This document shows positions 50,091 through 59,667 of a stretch of DNA of 64,000 bases, one piece after another (positions within the stretch are counted from its first letter, which is position 1; every line of letters begins with the position of its first letter). The stretch comes from a virus. Made by a program: the position numbers and the translations under genes. Where the stretch lies: the IMG/VR virus record IMGVR_UViG_3300044988_000363; one strand, given 5' to 3'. The notes under the pieces were generated by a model, which was not told where the DNA came from, made no database searches, and saw only the letters and a list, made by a program, of their open reading frames with translations.

Positions 50091-50146
50091 TTGGTCGCAG
50101 CGTAGGTCAGCGAGTTGGTCCTTCACTTGGTCAGGAGATAGGTCAT
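50091..50146. repeat. 12-bp periodic TWGGTM array, 5 units
   Basis: GGT at 50093, 50105, 50117, 50129 and 50141. Confidence 0.8.
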
Positions 50147-50450
50147 GTCTTTTAGAGTTACAAATAACTTCGCCGATGCGAATATGACTGGTCTGGTTGG
50201 TTATGTTAATACAACCTACGCAGATCTGGTCGAGGCGTTCGGTCAGCCCCAGCAAGGCGGCGATAAGACTAATTCAGAATGGATTATTAAGTTCTCTGAC
50301 GGTCAGGTAGCGACTATCTATGACTGGAAAGAACCTATGACGCCGACCGATGATTATGACTGGCATATTGGCGGTAAACGCTCGGTCGTTGTTGAGCGTA
50401 TTGCTAATATTCTAGGTGTCGGTAATAACTGTTGGTCGACCGATAGGTAA
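50145..50450 (+). CDS. Conserved phage hypothetical protein
   Basis: TYADLVEAFGQP...EW...ATIYDWK...WHIGG; GGAG SD. Confidence 0.7.
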   Translation: MSFRVTNNFADANMTGLVGYVNTTYADLVEAFGQPQQGGDKTNSEWIIKFSDGQVATIYDWKEPMTPTDDYDWHIGGKRSVVVERIANILGVGNNCWSTDR

Positions 50451-50587
50451 TCACTTAGGTCAGACGATAGGTCAACCCGCTGGTCATTAAGTTGGTCAGC
50501 GGGTTGGTATTGTCGTAGGTAACTGCGTAGGTAGGTCAGTTGGTCACATCATAGGTAAACCAGTAGGTGAGTCAGATGGTCAACAAA
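50432..50587. repeat. 12-bp periodic TWGGTM array, 13 units
   Basis: GGT every 12 nt from 50434 to 50578. Confidence 0.9.
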
Positions 50588-50642
50588 CATAATAGCGGCC
50601 AGCGCATAGATTAATCCGGCGAATAATCCTATTGCTAGGGTT

Positions 50643-50870
50643 TTACTCATCTTCCTCTCCCATATACTTGTCCCATTCCGCCGCCGTAATTCCGCTCTTA
50701 ATAAACTCTCTGGCGTCGGAGGACAACTCGGGGAATGCCTCTTGAATTAACTTCTCTCCTCGACGCCAAGCTAATAGGCGTAACTCGAACTCGTCCTGAT
50801 CATAGGCGGCAAACTCCATTGTATGCAGCTTGTTCGTGAATGGACTAGTCTTAGTAATTCTTGCTGTCAT
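50643..50870 (-). CDS. Conserved phage hypothetical protein
   Basis: LIQEAFPELSSDAREFIKSGITAAEWD. Confidence 0.65.
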   Translation of the reverse strand: MTARITKTSPFTNKLHTMEFAAYDQDEFELRLLAWRRGEKLIQEAFPELSSDAREFIKSGITAAEWDKYMGEEDE

Positions 50871-50873
50871 ATA

Positions 50874-51509
50874 TCACCTAAATGATGGTCCGGCAACCCA
50901 CATAACCAAAGAGTTTCTTATTCCCTTTGTTACTGGTGTCACTTCGTGAATAGTAAATGATGGAAATAATAATACAGAGCCTCTTGTTGGTCTAATCTTA
51001 AAATCACGTGCATAAGGAAAACGTAGCTCGCCTCCTTCAAACTCATCTGGGTCTGAAAGTAATACAGTCAATGATAGCTTTCTTGCTATTGTATTATAAT
51101 CTCTATCCGAGTGAGCAATATAATGCTGCTCATCGTTGCCGTTATATTCCAGGAATTGCATAGGCTCTACGGGACCAGTCAAATCGAAATGAAAATGTCT
51201 TTGATTGGCCGTGACTACTACTTCTCTGATCCTCTCGATTACAAAAGCCAAATTCTCTTTTTGTTGTTCGGGCGACGCCTGATAAACCGTGCAGTTTCTT
51301 ACGCTCTTGTCAACATTTCCCTCGCCAACAGAAGAAACATTCGGCGTAGTGTTGTTCTTATAATAATCAATAATATCGTTACACTCTTTGGCGTCGAATA
51401 CCTTATGATAAATTGCGAACTCTTCTATATTGTCTCGATGTACTCCGGGAATATCAAAAATACTAGGTATCTTGATTTCATTTTGATCATCACCAGTATC
51501 AATAATCAT
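50874..51509 (-). CDS. 2OG-Fe(II) oxygenase (PKHD/prolyl-hydroxylase-like)
   Basis: HSD...RKLSLTVLLSDPDEFEGGEL...FPSFTIHEVTPVTKGIRNSLVMW. Confidence 0.9.
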   Translation of the reverse strand: MIIDTGDDQNEIKIPSIFDIPGVHRDNIEEFAIYHKVFDAKECNDIIDYYKNNTTPNVSSVGEGNVDKSVRNCTVYQASPEQQKENLAFVIERIREVVVTANQRHFHFDLTGPVEPMQFLEYNGNDEQHYIAHSDRDYNTIARKLSLTVLLSDPDEFEGGELRFPYARDFKIRPTRGSVLLFPSFTIHEVTPVTKGIRNSLVMWVAGPSFR

Positions 51510-51512
51510 TTA

Positions 51513-52160
51513 TCACTCCGGAATTTTAGGATCTTTAATAGGCGGAAATGGTTTGGCTTTCCCAGTTTTGTTAGGAACAAAATTAAACCATCCTGTAAGA
51601 ATATACTTCTCTTGCGTTGGAGATACTACACCACGATGGAAATGAGTCCAGTCGACTGGCCATATCATGGTCAATCCCTTCTCTGGGCGTAGATTAATAC
51701 GTTGATGATAGAATTGCGTTCCGCCTCGATCAGTAACGTCATTAAGATATGTCATAAACGCCAGATGACGAGATACTCCTGGCTCAACACAACTTAGACG
51801 TTCGGAATGCCAAATTTTAAATCCGCCACCCGGAGGATAATATTGAATATTTGGTGGGCTAAGAACATCTACATCATCACCATACGCTGACAAAGGATAT
51901 ACCTTTTGATACTCATTCATTATGTCATGCAAATGAGCATAATACTCTTTTAGAATTGTATCGTCGCTTAAATGACAATCAACGGAGTCTTTAATTGATT
52001 TGTTAACAACTCTCTGGCCAAACTCGTTATGAATAATTCCAGCACTCTTATCTGAGTTATTATTAAACCATTCAATAACTCTATCGCAGAAACTGGTGTC
52101 TTTCATATACCATCCCAGGATGAAATTACCTGGGATTGGATTTAGTATATGTGATTTCAT
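51513..52160 (-). CDS. 2OG-Fe(II) oxygenase
   Basis: WHSE...FMTYLNDV..GGTQF...WPVDWTHFHRG...KYILTGW. Confidence 0.9.
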   Translation of the reverse strand: MKSHILNPIPGNFILGWYMKDTSFCDRVIEWFNNNSDKSAGIIHNEFGQRVVNKSIKDSVDCHLSDDTILKEYYAHLHDIMNEYQKVYPLSAYGDDVDVLSPPNIQYYPPGGGFKIWHSERLSCVEPGVSRHLAFMTYLNDVTDRGGTQFYHQRINLRPEKGLTMIWPVDWTHFHRGVVSPTQEKYILTGWFNFVPNKTGKAKPFPPIKDPKIPE

Positions 52161-52429
52161 CTATTAACTCATGGAGTTAATAAGATCTTGGCGTATGTTA
52201 TTTGTAATCTCTTCCATATCTTCGTCAAAGCCAACAGTAAAGCCTGACATAGTACGAACAAAGAAAACATATTTTGGAGACTCTAGATTATTTTCCTCGT
52301 TTGGTTCTACATACTGAACTGGGGAAACGAATTCAATATAAGCAGTATTAATTACACCAGAATTTGGACATCTGAAAAGCATACTATTCTCCTTGTTACT
52401 TTCAAGTCATATATGTATATAGTCGATTA

Positions 52430-52729
52430 TTATTCGTGGACTTCAAACACATGCCAAACGTGAATTGAACCCATCATATTACGCCGCTGAACCGTTGCAA
52501 CGTAATCATAATGCTTCTTTTCGTAATCATACATCTCGAAGCCAGTTCCGAACACATGAAATACGTATTTACGTTTTTCTCTCTTTGGGTTTACAATAGC
52601 CCAAATAACAGGAAAATTACCTTGAGCCTGAATTGTTAGGATCTTGGCGCCACGTGGCATCTCAATCTCGTATACCGCATTGTGATGAATGTCGTCACCA
52701 AGCGGATACTTATAAATCATTTTCGTCAT
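52430..52729 (-). CDS. Conserved phage hypothetical protein
   Basis: IYKYPL...MPRGAKIL...WAIVNP...GTG...VWHVFE. Confidence 0.65.
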   Translation of the reverse strand: MTKMIYKYPLGDDIHHNAVYEIEMPRGAKILTIQAQGNFPVIWAIVNPKREKRKYVFHVFGTGFEMYDYEKKHYDYVATVQRRNMMGSIHVWHVFEVHE

Positions 52730-53115
52730 GCTGCCTCCATTACCTCTTGAACGTGGGAACAACTCTTCCGGTAGCCAAACCCCATGCAATTGCAGCGTAG
52801 AGAAATACCCCCATCGGCCAGACTAACAATATAAGACTTTCCATTTGATCGGGATGGGACAGAAATTGATATCGGATCAGGCAATTTAGAATTGCTTGAA
52901 ACAGTCCAGCCACATATGATCCGGTCTTTATCCAAAACACGAAGTTCTGATTCATCGGTGCCAGTGTCCATCATAAACTGATCTTCGGAAAGCCACTTGG
53001 GCTTGGGCGAAATAATCTCGCCCTCATACTCGTGATACTCTGGTATCTGCATATAGCTCGCATATGTATGGCGATAACGATACATAGGATTGCTGACACG
53101 AATTCGAAGGCGCAT
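52726..53115 (-). CDS. SWIM zinc-finger protein
   Basis: CNCMGFGYRKSCSH. Confidence 0.7.
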   Translation of the reverse strand: MRLRIRVSNPMYRYRHTYASYMQIPEYHEYEGEIISPKPKWLSEDQFMMDTGTDESELRVLDKDRIICGWTVSSNSKLPDPISISVPSRSNGKSYIVSLADGGISLRCNCMGFGYRKSCSHVQEVMEAA

Positions 53116-53617
53116 AACAATCTCCTAGAGGGGAGCGAATTTATATATCTTACCCTCTTTGGTGTATAAAGTCAAGCCCGACACGTAATGACACGAATCA
53201 GTCTTTGGAATAACCCAGTGATAGCCAGCTGGAACATTTCGATATACCTCGAAGTCGCCGCATTCTCCGCCGTTCAATAATACTCTCGTAACAGTTACGT
53301 TTACTTTAAAATTGCAATGAACCTGGAAGTCCGAAGGCTTCTTGGCGCATTCGATATCGTCCTTGGCAAAAGCTATTGACGGAATTAATAGAATGGTATA
53401 TAATAGTTTCTTCATTCGTCTGCTCTTACAAATAAATCATCAGGGAATGTTCTGTTGTATGGCTTACCTTCGAGCGTAACTACTCCGGCAACAGCCAACA
53501 TTTTATCTACAACATAGATTACACCAGGAGTTAGTTCCAATGTGTCAAGAAACGGGTGATCAGGAATAACTCTTACCCGATCACCCGCCTTAAACGTAGC
53601 GAAATCTGTTCGCACCA

Positions 53618-54058
53618 TCAGAAGTCCCCCGGAGACACCTGAAGGCAACGAAGACCCGCCGAACGCCACATCTTAACCACTCGATCACGATCTTCGAGAA
53701 CGAGCACAGGCTCATATCCCGCTTCATAGATCTGCTCGAGCAATTCGAACTTTACGATATCGTCATCACGACGATCTCCTAACTTACGCATATAAAGAGC
53801 ATGATAAGGAATATCATTCTCAGTAAGCCAGTCTAGAGTATCCTGACGACACTTCTCGTCACGAGCAGTGCAAAGGACAATCTTAATATCGTAGTCCGTC
53901 GCCATATCTAATAGGGCGACGACTTCCTCGATAGGCTCGTCCTTATGGGCATTCGAATGCCATGCATTCCAGTCTTTATGCCCATTGGTTATATAATGAA
54001 TACGATGCTCTGTATTAGCAATCGTGCCATCGATATCAACAATCCAACATTTCGTCAT
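53618..54058 (-). CDS. HAD phosphatase (PseT/PNK 3'-phosphatase-like, stand-alone)
   Basis: DIDGT, TAR and K...EDR..VVKMWR..GL.CLQV..GDF motifs. Confidence 0.88.
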   Translation of the reverse strand: MTKCWIVDIDGTIANTEHRIHYITNGHKDWNAWHSNAHKDEPIEEVVALLDMATDYDIKIVLCTARDEKCRQDTLDWLTENDIPYHALYMRKLGDRRDDDIVKFELLEQIYEAGYEPVLVLEDRDRVVKMWRSAGLRCLQVSPGDF

Positions 54059-54065
54059 TATATCC

Positions 54066-54878
54066 TCACTTGCAGCAAGTAACCTTACAAACCTTTTCCC
54101 AATTTCCGTTATTGTTAGTCTTACGAATAGAGGCAACCTTCAACGCCATACGCAGCGACAGTTCACGGAGGCTATCGGCATACGCTTCGATAAACGTAAG
54201 CACATCAACCTGCTCATCGATATCGAGATGCGAGAGCAATCCCTGAGCAACTACCTGACGAATACGCACCAGATAATCACGGCGAGTCTTCATCGCCAGA
54301 TCGAGATAATGAGCACGAGAAACCATCGCCTGAAGATGCGGAGCCAGCTTATGACCCTTATCAATCATGGCGTCAAAGTCATAATTCGAGATGAAGATAA
54401 TGGATCCTTCGAACACGAAAGACCTGGGAACGAGTTCACCAGTATCTTCATCAAGCAGTTTACCCTCGGACAACCACGACACGACACGACGCTCTGTCGT
54501 ATCTGTAACAGCCTTCAAAAGATTAAGGCTGATGTCGTCAAAGAAAATAGCGTCAGCATCGTCAAACACGAGCACCTGTCCTGCCTCACGATAGGCATAC
54601 AGCAGCTTTACGAGACCAGTCGCACGGACATATCCCTTGGTGATGGCGTAGTTATTACCCGACGGATCCCACTGTTCGAGTTTACGCTCGACGGTGTAGG
54701 ATTTACCAAGACCAGCGGGACCAGACACAATAAGAGCACGACTGTCGCCAGAGACGCAGCTGTCGGTAAGCATCTCGAGAATATCAAAACGCTCGGCGAT
54801 ACGAGCCTCGATCTGATCCTCGCTCTCGTTAGAGGAAGGCAGCGGTATAACATTATCAATCTTACGGGCACGAGCCAT
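54066..54878 (-). CDS. AAA+/P-loop ATPase
   Basis: Walker A GPAGLGKS, Walker B LVFDDAD, sensor IFISN; behind an early promoter. Confidence 0.85.
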   Translation of the reverse strand: MARARKIDNVIPLPSSNESEDQIEARIAERFDILEMLTDSCVSGDSRALIVSGPAGLGKSYTVERKLEQWDPSGNNYAITKGYVRATGLVKLLYAYREAGQVLVFDDADAIFFDDISLNLLKAVTDTTERRVVSWLSEGKLLDEDTGELVPRSFVFEGSIIFISNYDFDAMIDKGHKLAPHLQAMVSRAHYLDLAMKTRRDYLVRIRQVVAQGLLSHLDIDEQVDVLTFIEAYADSLRELSLRMALKVASIRKTNNNGNWEKVCKVTCCK

Positions 54879-55433
54879 CAGTTCTCTCCTCATCGTATAT
54901 ACATATTATACCGCTGTTTTTGAAAAAAGTCAAGCCGCTTCTTCGTCGTCTTCGATCTCTTCTTCGAGGTCAAAGTAGCGATTGATATGATCCGCGACCC
55001 GACTAGACTCGCTAGAATAGAATACAAAATCGCCCATCTCTCGGCGATGATCCTTGTCTACGTACTCGAAACCACCGTAGTATTCTAGAGTCCCAGCTTT
55101 AAACTTATCGACAGCGATATACTCTTGATTAATATAGATCATACCACAGCGATTGTCGAGACCTATATTATCTCGACCAGCGTGAACCAGTTCGAACTCG
55201 TCGTTAATATGCTGTTCGACTTTACGAGCCATCTCATACAGAAAATCATCAGTACTCATTGTCAAGATCCTCTTCAGATGCAACGATACGGATACGATCA
55301 GCCCAGATTAGTGCCTCTCCGACACGCTCTAGGGATCTATTATCTAAACTAGTCCCGCCTTGGCTGAGATACTCCCAGATTAGGGCGGAGACTTCTCTCG
55401 CTTCCTCGCGAGTGATAGACCATTCCTCTTTCA

Positions 55434-55706
55434 TTAGACTCTCTTCAGCAACGAGCCAGAGACTTTCCACTGCGATGTCGGCGTATTCACCGTCACAGTT
55501 TTCTGATTGATACGAGCCACAGTACCCGTAATAGTCTCGCCAGAGCGAGTCTCGAACTTAACTTTATCGCCCTTAGCAAAGCGGACAGTCGCGACTCTCT
55601 GCATCTCTTTGAATTTAATAGAGACAGCCTGAGAGATAGAACGGATCTCCTCGGCAGAGAAAGAACCAGCGAGGATAGCGGCATTAATCTGACTAACGGT
55701 CTTCAT
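55434..55706 (-). CDS. Small SH3/KOW-like protein
   Basis: GDKVKF...GTVARINQKTVTV...WKVSGSLL. Confidence 0.55.
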   Translation of the reverse strand: MKTVSQINAAILAGSFSAEEIRSISQAVSIKFKEMQRVATVRFAKGDKVKFETRSGETITGTVARINQKTVTVNTPTSQWKVSGSLLKRV

Positions 55707-55707
55707 T

Positions 55708-55865
55708 TCGATTTCCCTTTCATCAACCATATTCTAAGTATACCCTAATCCATGGAAAAAGCAAGCGTCAGCTTGACCATACCAGGATCTTTTTTTAAAA
55801 TATTAGGGCTTGACTTTTTTGTCGAACCCAGTATAATAGACATTGTCAGGATGAAAGGTAGATCG
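55708..55865. promoter_or_regulatory. Divergent early promoter pair
   Basis: GCTTGCTTTT...TATACT (-) and GCTTGACTTTT...TATAAT (+). Confidence 0.8.
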
Positions 55866-55969
55866 ATGAAACAGTTTAACCCTATTGCTTTCGAGTTACG
55901 CTCAGGCAAATATAAACAGCGTATTATTAAGAATAAAAAGAAATACGATCGTAAACGAATGAAAAAGGA

Positions 55970-56401
55970 TTGGTGATGAATATTCATAATGAGTGCACAT
56001 TCCTTAAACCAGAGGGAATTGCTAAGATAGAGAACATGTATAATGCCAAGTATGTGTTCGAGTCATGTCTTAAAACTCGAACTGATGGCTGGAGTAATTA
56101 TCCCGTAGCTATTTTCTATACGGAACAAGCGCATCCTAGGGGATCGAATTATATGGGACTGTATGTTGATGAATACGGTCGATTATTGATTACCGACGGG
56201 ATCGCTGCTACTGAACCATTTGATGCTTTACAAATTGGCGAGGATATTATATACTCTCGGTATCGTCATGACTATCGTGAATTTAAAGGAGCGATGGTTG
56301 ATGGCGGGCGAGATTACTTCAAGCGTAGCGCCGATCGTGGTGTGCCTGTAAAGCTGAAGGTTGTTGGTGATCATTTGGAGGTGGTAGAAAATGCTGCTTA
56401 G
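55970..56401 (+). CDS. Conserved phage hypothetical protein
   Basis: YSRYRHDY...VDGGRDY motif. Confidence 0.65.
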   Translation: MVMNIHNECTFLKPEGIAKIENMYNAKYVFESCLKTRTDGWSNYPVAIFYTEQAHPRGSNYMGLYVDEYGRLLITDGIAATEPFDALQIGEDIIYSRYRHDYREFKGAMVDGGRDYFKRSADRGVPVKLKVVGDHLEVVENAA

Positions 56402-57244
56402 TCAAAGCTCAGAGTTCTTCTATTTGTTCTTACTCCCATTGGGTATATTGGTATGGGGTGCTGTGATTTGGATCCTCTCAATGTTCGTTTATCTAATAAA
56501 GGATAATCTCCGTGACCGATGACCTTGTAAAACGAATATTGGAACAAGCCAATGCAGAGGGTGATATTGTCTGTGGTGATGATGGTTATTATGTATATTG
56601 GCCTCGGCGCACAGGAGCCTATCCTTCCTATCATCTGCGAGCCCTTGCTGATGAATTAGATCGGCGCAATGAGGTCTGGGATAAAGAGTTGGATGAGTAT
56701 TTTGATAACCTTGCCAAGAAACAGGAACCTCTAGGTGAGGATGATATGGATAAGACCATTGAAGACATCCTGGCTGAAGAAATACAGGCAGAAATAGATC
56801 GTGAGATACTTGAAACTGTTAAAATGACCTGCGATGGTTGGGTGTCAGTAGATTATCCAGATGGTATTGGCTTTATAGAACATTGTGGAATTAAGGATTG
56901 GGTAGAAGAAAACATTAAAGGTCCAAATAAACTAATTCATACTAAATGGTGGTTTAAGGATCCAAAAGATAAAGTATTATTCTTGTTGAGGTGGGGAGTT
57001 TGAAAAAGTCCTGTATAATAACCTTGATGACCTATATGTGAGGGATGATGACTGAATTTCTAACAAAGAATGCAGATGTTGCATTGGTAGAAGTAAAAGA
57101 GAAGCTGTATGAACGACTGCGTAATAGAACCAATTACGCTGCACAGGATCCATTGAAGGATCCATATTACAAAGGACTACAAAAAGGTGCATTGTCCGAA
57201 GTAGAGTTTCTGAAGGGACTGTTGGATATTATCGAGAGGTCATA

Positions 57245-57403
57245 ATGATTACTGACGAACTACGCCAGATTGCATACAATGAAGGTTGTCAGGCTTTCGC
57301 TGATGATGTAAATCTTATGGATAATCCATATAATGGCGTTTCACATACTCTCAAAGTATTTTGGAGCCATGGTTGGTGGGCTATGTTTTACGACGAGAAC
57401 TAA
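57245..57403 (+). CDS. Small protein with Rmf-like pattern
   Basis: Manual translation MITDELRQIAYNEGCQAFADDVNLMDNPYNGVSHTLKVFWSHGWWAMFYDEN. Confidence 0.5.
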   Translation: MITDELRQIAYNEGCQAFADDVNLMDNPYNGVSHTLKVFWSHGWWAMFYDEN

Positions 57404-57404
57404 G

Positions 57405-57740
57405 ATGAAATATAAACTCTATCTGGATGACCTGCGTTATCCTGACCTGCATCCCGATTGGAGGATTGCTCGTAACTACCATGATGCTGTGTGGATGGTT
57501 ACGAACTATGGACTGCCATATTATATCTCCTTTGATCATGATCTGAACGATTTTGCTGACTTCTATACTCATCGAATGGAGTTCACTGGCTATGACTTTG
57601 CCAAATGGTTCTGTAATTGGGTGATGGATAATGATGTATGTCTGAATGATTTTGATTACTGGGTTCACTCTGCTAACCCTGTCGGTGCAGAGAACATCCG
57701 CCGCTATATGGCCAACTTTCTAAGGGATCGTTATGTCTAG
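57405..57740 (+). CDS. Cyclic-phosphate-processing receiver-like domain protein
   Basis: LYLDDLR...ISFDHDL...TGYD...VHSANPVG. Confidence 0.8.
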   Translation: MKYKLYLDDLRYPDLHPDWRIARNYHDAVWMVTNYGLPYYISFDHDLNDFADFYTHRMEFTGYDFAKWFCNWVMDNDVCLNDFDYWVHSANPVGAENIRRYMANFLRDRYV

Positions 57741-58092
57741 TCTTGAAGCATTTATGGAACAAGAGACAGTTGTTGAGGGAGAATGGCAAAAGACTGACAA
57801 AGGTTGGTCGCATATTCCTCAACAAATGAAATGGGAGAGCATACTACAATGGCAGGTAGAAATGTTCTTCTATTCTTGTTATCTGTACTATGTTCTTGAC
57901 AATCCAAAACTGGACGATGCTGGATTTGACCGCATCGTAGAGATTCTAGAAAATCATTTCAACGAATTGCCTGAACGTATTACGCATACAGTAGGTCCAG
58001 GACAGATTAAAGCCAACGCTCATCTGTTCGCTCATGATTTAACAGAAAAAGAAAAAGAAAACGCTTTACTTTGGAAAAATAACGAACTATGA
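57733..58092 (+). CDS. Protein resembling the NAD-dependent ligase N-terminal (Ia) subdomain
   Basis: YLYYVLDNPKLDDAGFD motif. Confidence 0.55.
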   Translation: MSSLEAFMEQETVVEGEWQKTDKGWSHIPQQMKWESILQWQVEMFFYSCYLYYVLDNPKLDDAGFDRIVEILENHFNELPERITHTVGPGQIKANAHLFAHDLTEKEKENALLWKNNEL

Positions 58093-58318
58093 TATAAATA
58101 CGTGACCTTAACAACACCAAGGAGGGTGTAATGATTAGAATATCATATACAATCAAGAATATTGACGGACTATTGGTTGACAAAACCCAAGTCTTCAATA
58201 CGCTCTCCGAGTTAACCATGTTTATAGCACATCTCAGAGCGTCAGGACAGTTAGTAGGAAAGCCAACTATCTCCTAAATAGGGTTGCCTTCGGGCAATTC
58301 TTTCGAAAGGAGATTATT

Positions 58319-58552
58319 ATGAGCGGTTATAAGACGTATTTAATGGCTCTAATTGTAGGCATTTTACCATTGGCTACAGAAAAGATTGGAGCTATAGACT
58401 GGAATGCATTGCTTTTGGGCTTGGGTGTTCCTGATAATTACGTAGTTCCTGCTGCTACTGCAGTCAGTGCTATTGTTATGATTATCATGCGAATGATCAC
58501 ACAAGTTACAACAGTTAAGACTGCTTTGGAGACACCTCCACCAGCTGAATAA
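58319..58552 (+). CDS. Holin-like small membrane protein
   Basis: GYKTY plus TM helices; CTAAATA upstream; next to the spanins. Confidence 0.5.
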   Translation: MSGYKTYLMALIVGILPLATEKIGAIDWNALLLGLGVPDNYVVPAATAVSAIVMIIMRMITQVTTVKTALETPPPAE

Positions 58553-58564
58553 GATAAGGGCGCT

Positions 58565-58846
58565 TTATGCGCCCTTTTTTATTGTTTTATCTGCATCGTT
58601 TAAGAATTTTCTAATACTTTCAATGGAGCTCTTACATGTCAAATTGTTCTTTTGAAGTTGGATTAACAGCTTCGCAACCTGAGAATCAGTCAGAGTCTGC
58701 CATTTCGGAAACTGTTTCACCACAGGACAATAATACATTGCCTCGGCAGGATGTGCGACCATATATTTGTAAGATGTTACAATCTGAGTCTGATCATTAC
58801 AACTCGCCAGTGCAATTGCGATTGCCAATAGAATAATCTTTTTCAT
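58565..58846 (-). CDS. o-spanin-like lipoprotein
   Basis: Lipobox LASC; Pro/Cys pattern; overlaps the i-spanin-like gene. Confidence 0.65.
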   Translation of the reverse strand: MKKIILLAIAIALASCNDQTQIVTSYKYMVAHPAEAMYYCPVVKQFPKWQTLTDSQVAKLLIQLQKNNLTCKSSIESIRKFLNDADKTIKKGA

Positions 58847-59223
58847 TCACTTAACCTTTTTATAGTTTCTTTAAGGATATCCGAAGATGGACGATCGTTA
58901 CCCTTCCCGACCTCCACATCAACATGAGATTCTATTGCTTTTAGCTTATTTTCTAATGCTTGTTTCTGGCTTTCTAATTTCTCTACTGCTTCATCTCTAT
59001 TTTTAAATATAGTTTGCTGATGTTCGATGAACAAATCTTTGTCCTTGACATTTTGTTCTAATTGGTTTATATTATACTGTTGTAATGCTACTTGTTTTTC
59101 TAAATTTACTATTTGACGATGTTTCATGTAAAGACCAGAAACTAGTCCACCAACTAATATAAGTATTGACAGCCATTTTAAGGCTCCAGATGAGATTAGG
59201 GATAATAGTATGTTCATGGGCAC
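58843..59223 (-). CDS. i-spanin-like protein
   Basis: N-terminal TM plus long coiled coil. Confidence 0.65.
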   Translation of the reverse strand: MPMNILLSLISSGALKWLSILILVGGLVSGLYMKHRQIVNLEKQVALQQYNINQLEQNVKDKDLFIEHQQTIFKNRDEAVEKLESQKQALENKLKAIESHVDVEVGKGNDRPSSDILKETIKRLSE

Positions 59224-59667
59224 ACCTCTCTTTCCGCAATATTTATTTCATAGATATCGCAGAAAACACCCACATCGCAAATTCTCAGCAACGAGAAGAC
59301 GATTACCAGGATTAGCAGGCTGGTGGGTTAGAGATTCGTATTCTCATCTTTTTGAGAAAGTTAACAAAAGGAGAAAATTATGTTTAAGATCACAGAAGAA
59401 ACCAAAGCTGAAGCAGTGGAAGCTATGAGAGCAATTCTTGGCGATGCTCCTACAGACGCACAGCTAGATGAAGCATTTGAAGCAGCAGTTGCTATTGTAA
59501 AGAAACAGTTTGGTATGTAAGATGGATAAGTGGGAGGAATTAAAGTTATTAATGAAAGCGGACATTTCACATGCTGTTCACTATTCTTCTGATAAAGATT
59601 ACGAGCATGGTATGACCAAGCGTTATCTCGAAATGATGGATTATTTAGAGAAGAAGGAAAAAGAGCA

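Noticed and set aside
50091-50587. CRISPR interpretation of the periodic arrays
   Set aside because: A 6-nt core and 6-nt spacer are far too short, and no cas genes are present.
54024-54923. 299-aa + strand ORF (similarly 46982-47713, 40656-41189, 51111-51692)
   Set aside because: Antisense shadows of well-supported minus-strand genes; no motifs or SD.
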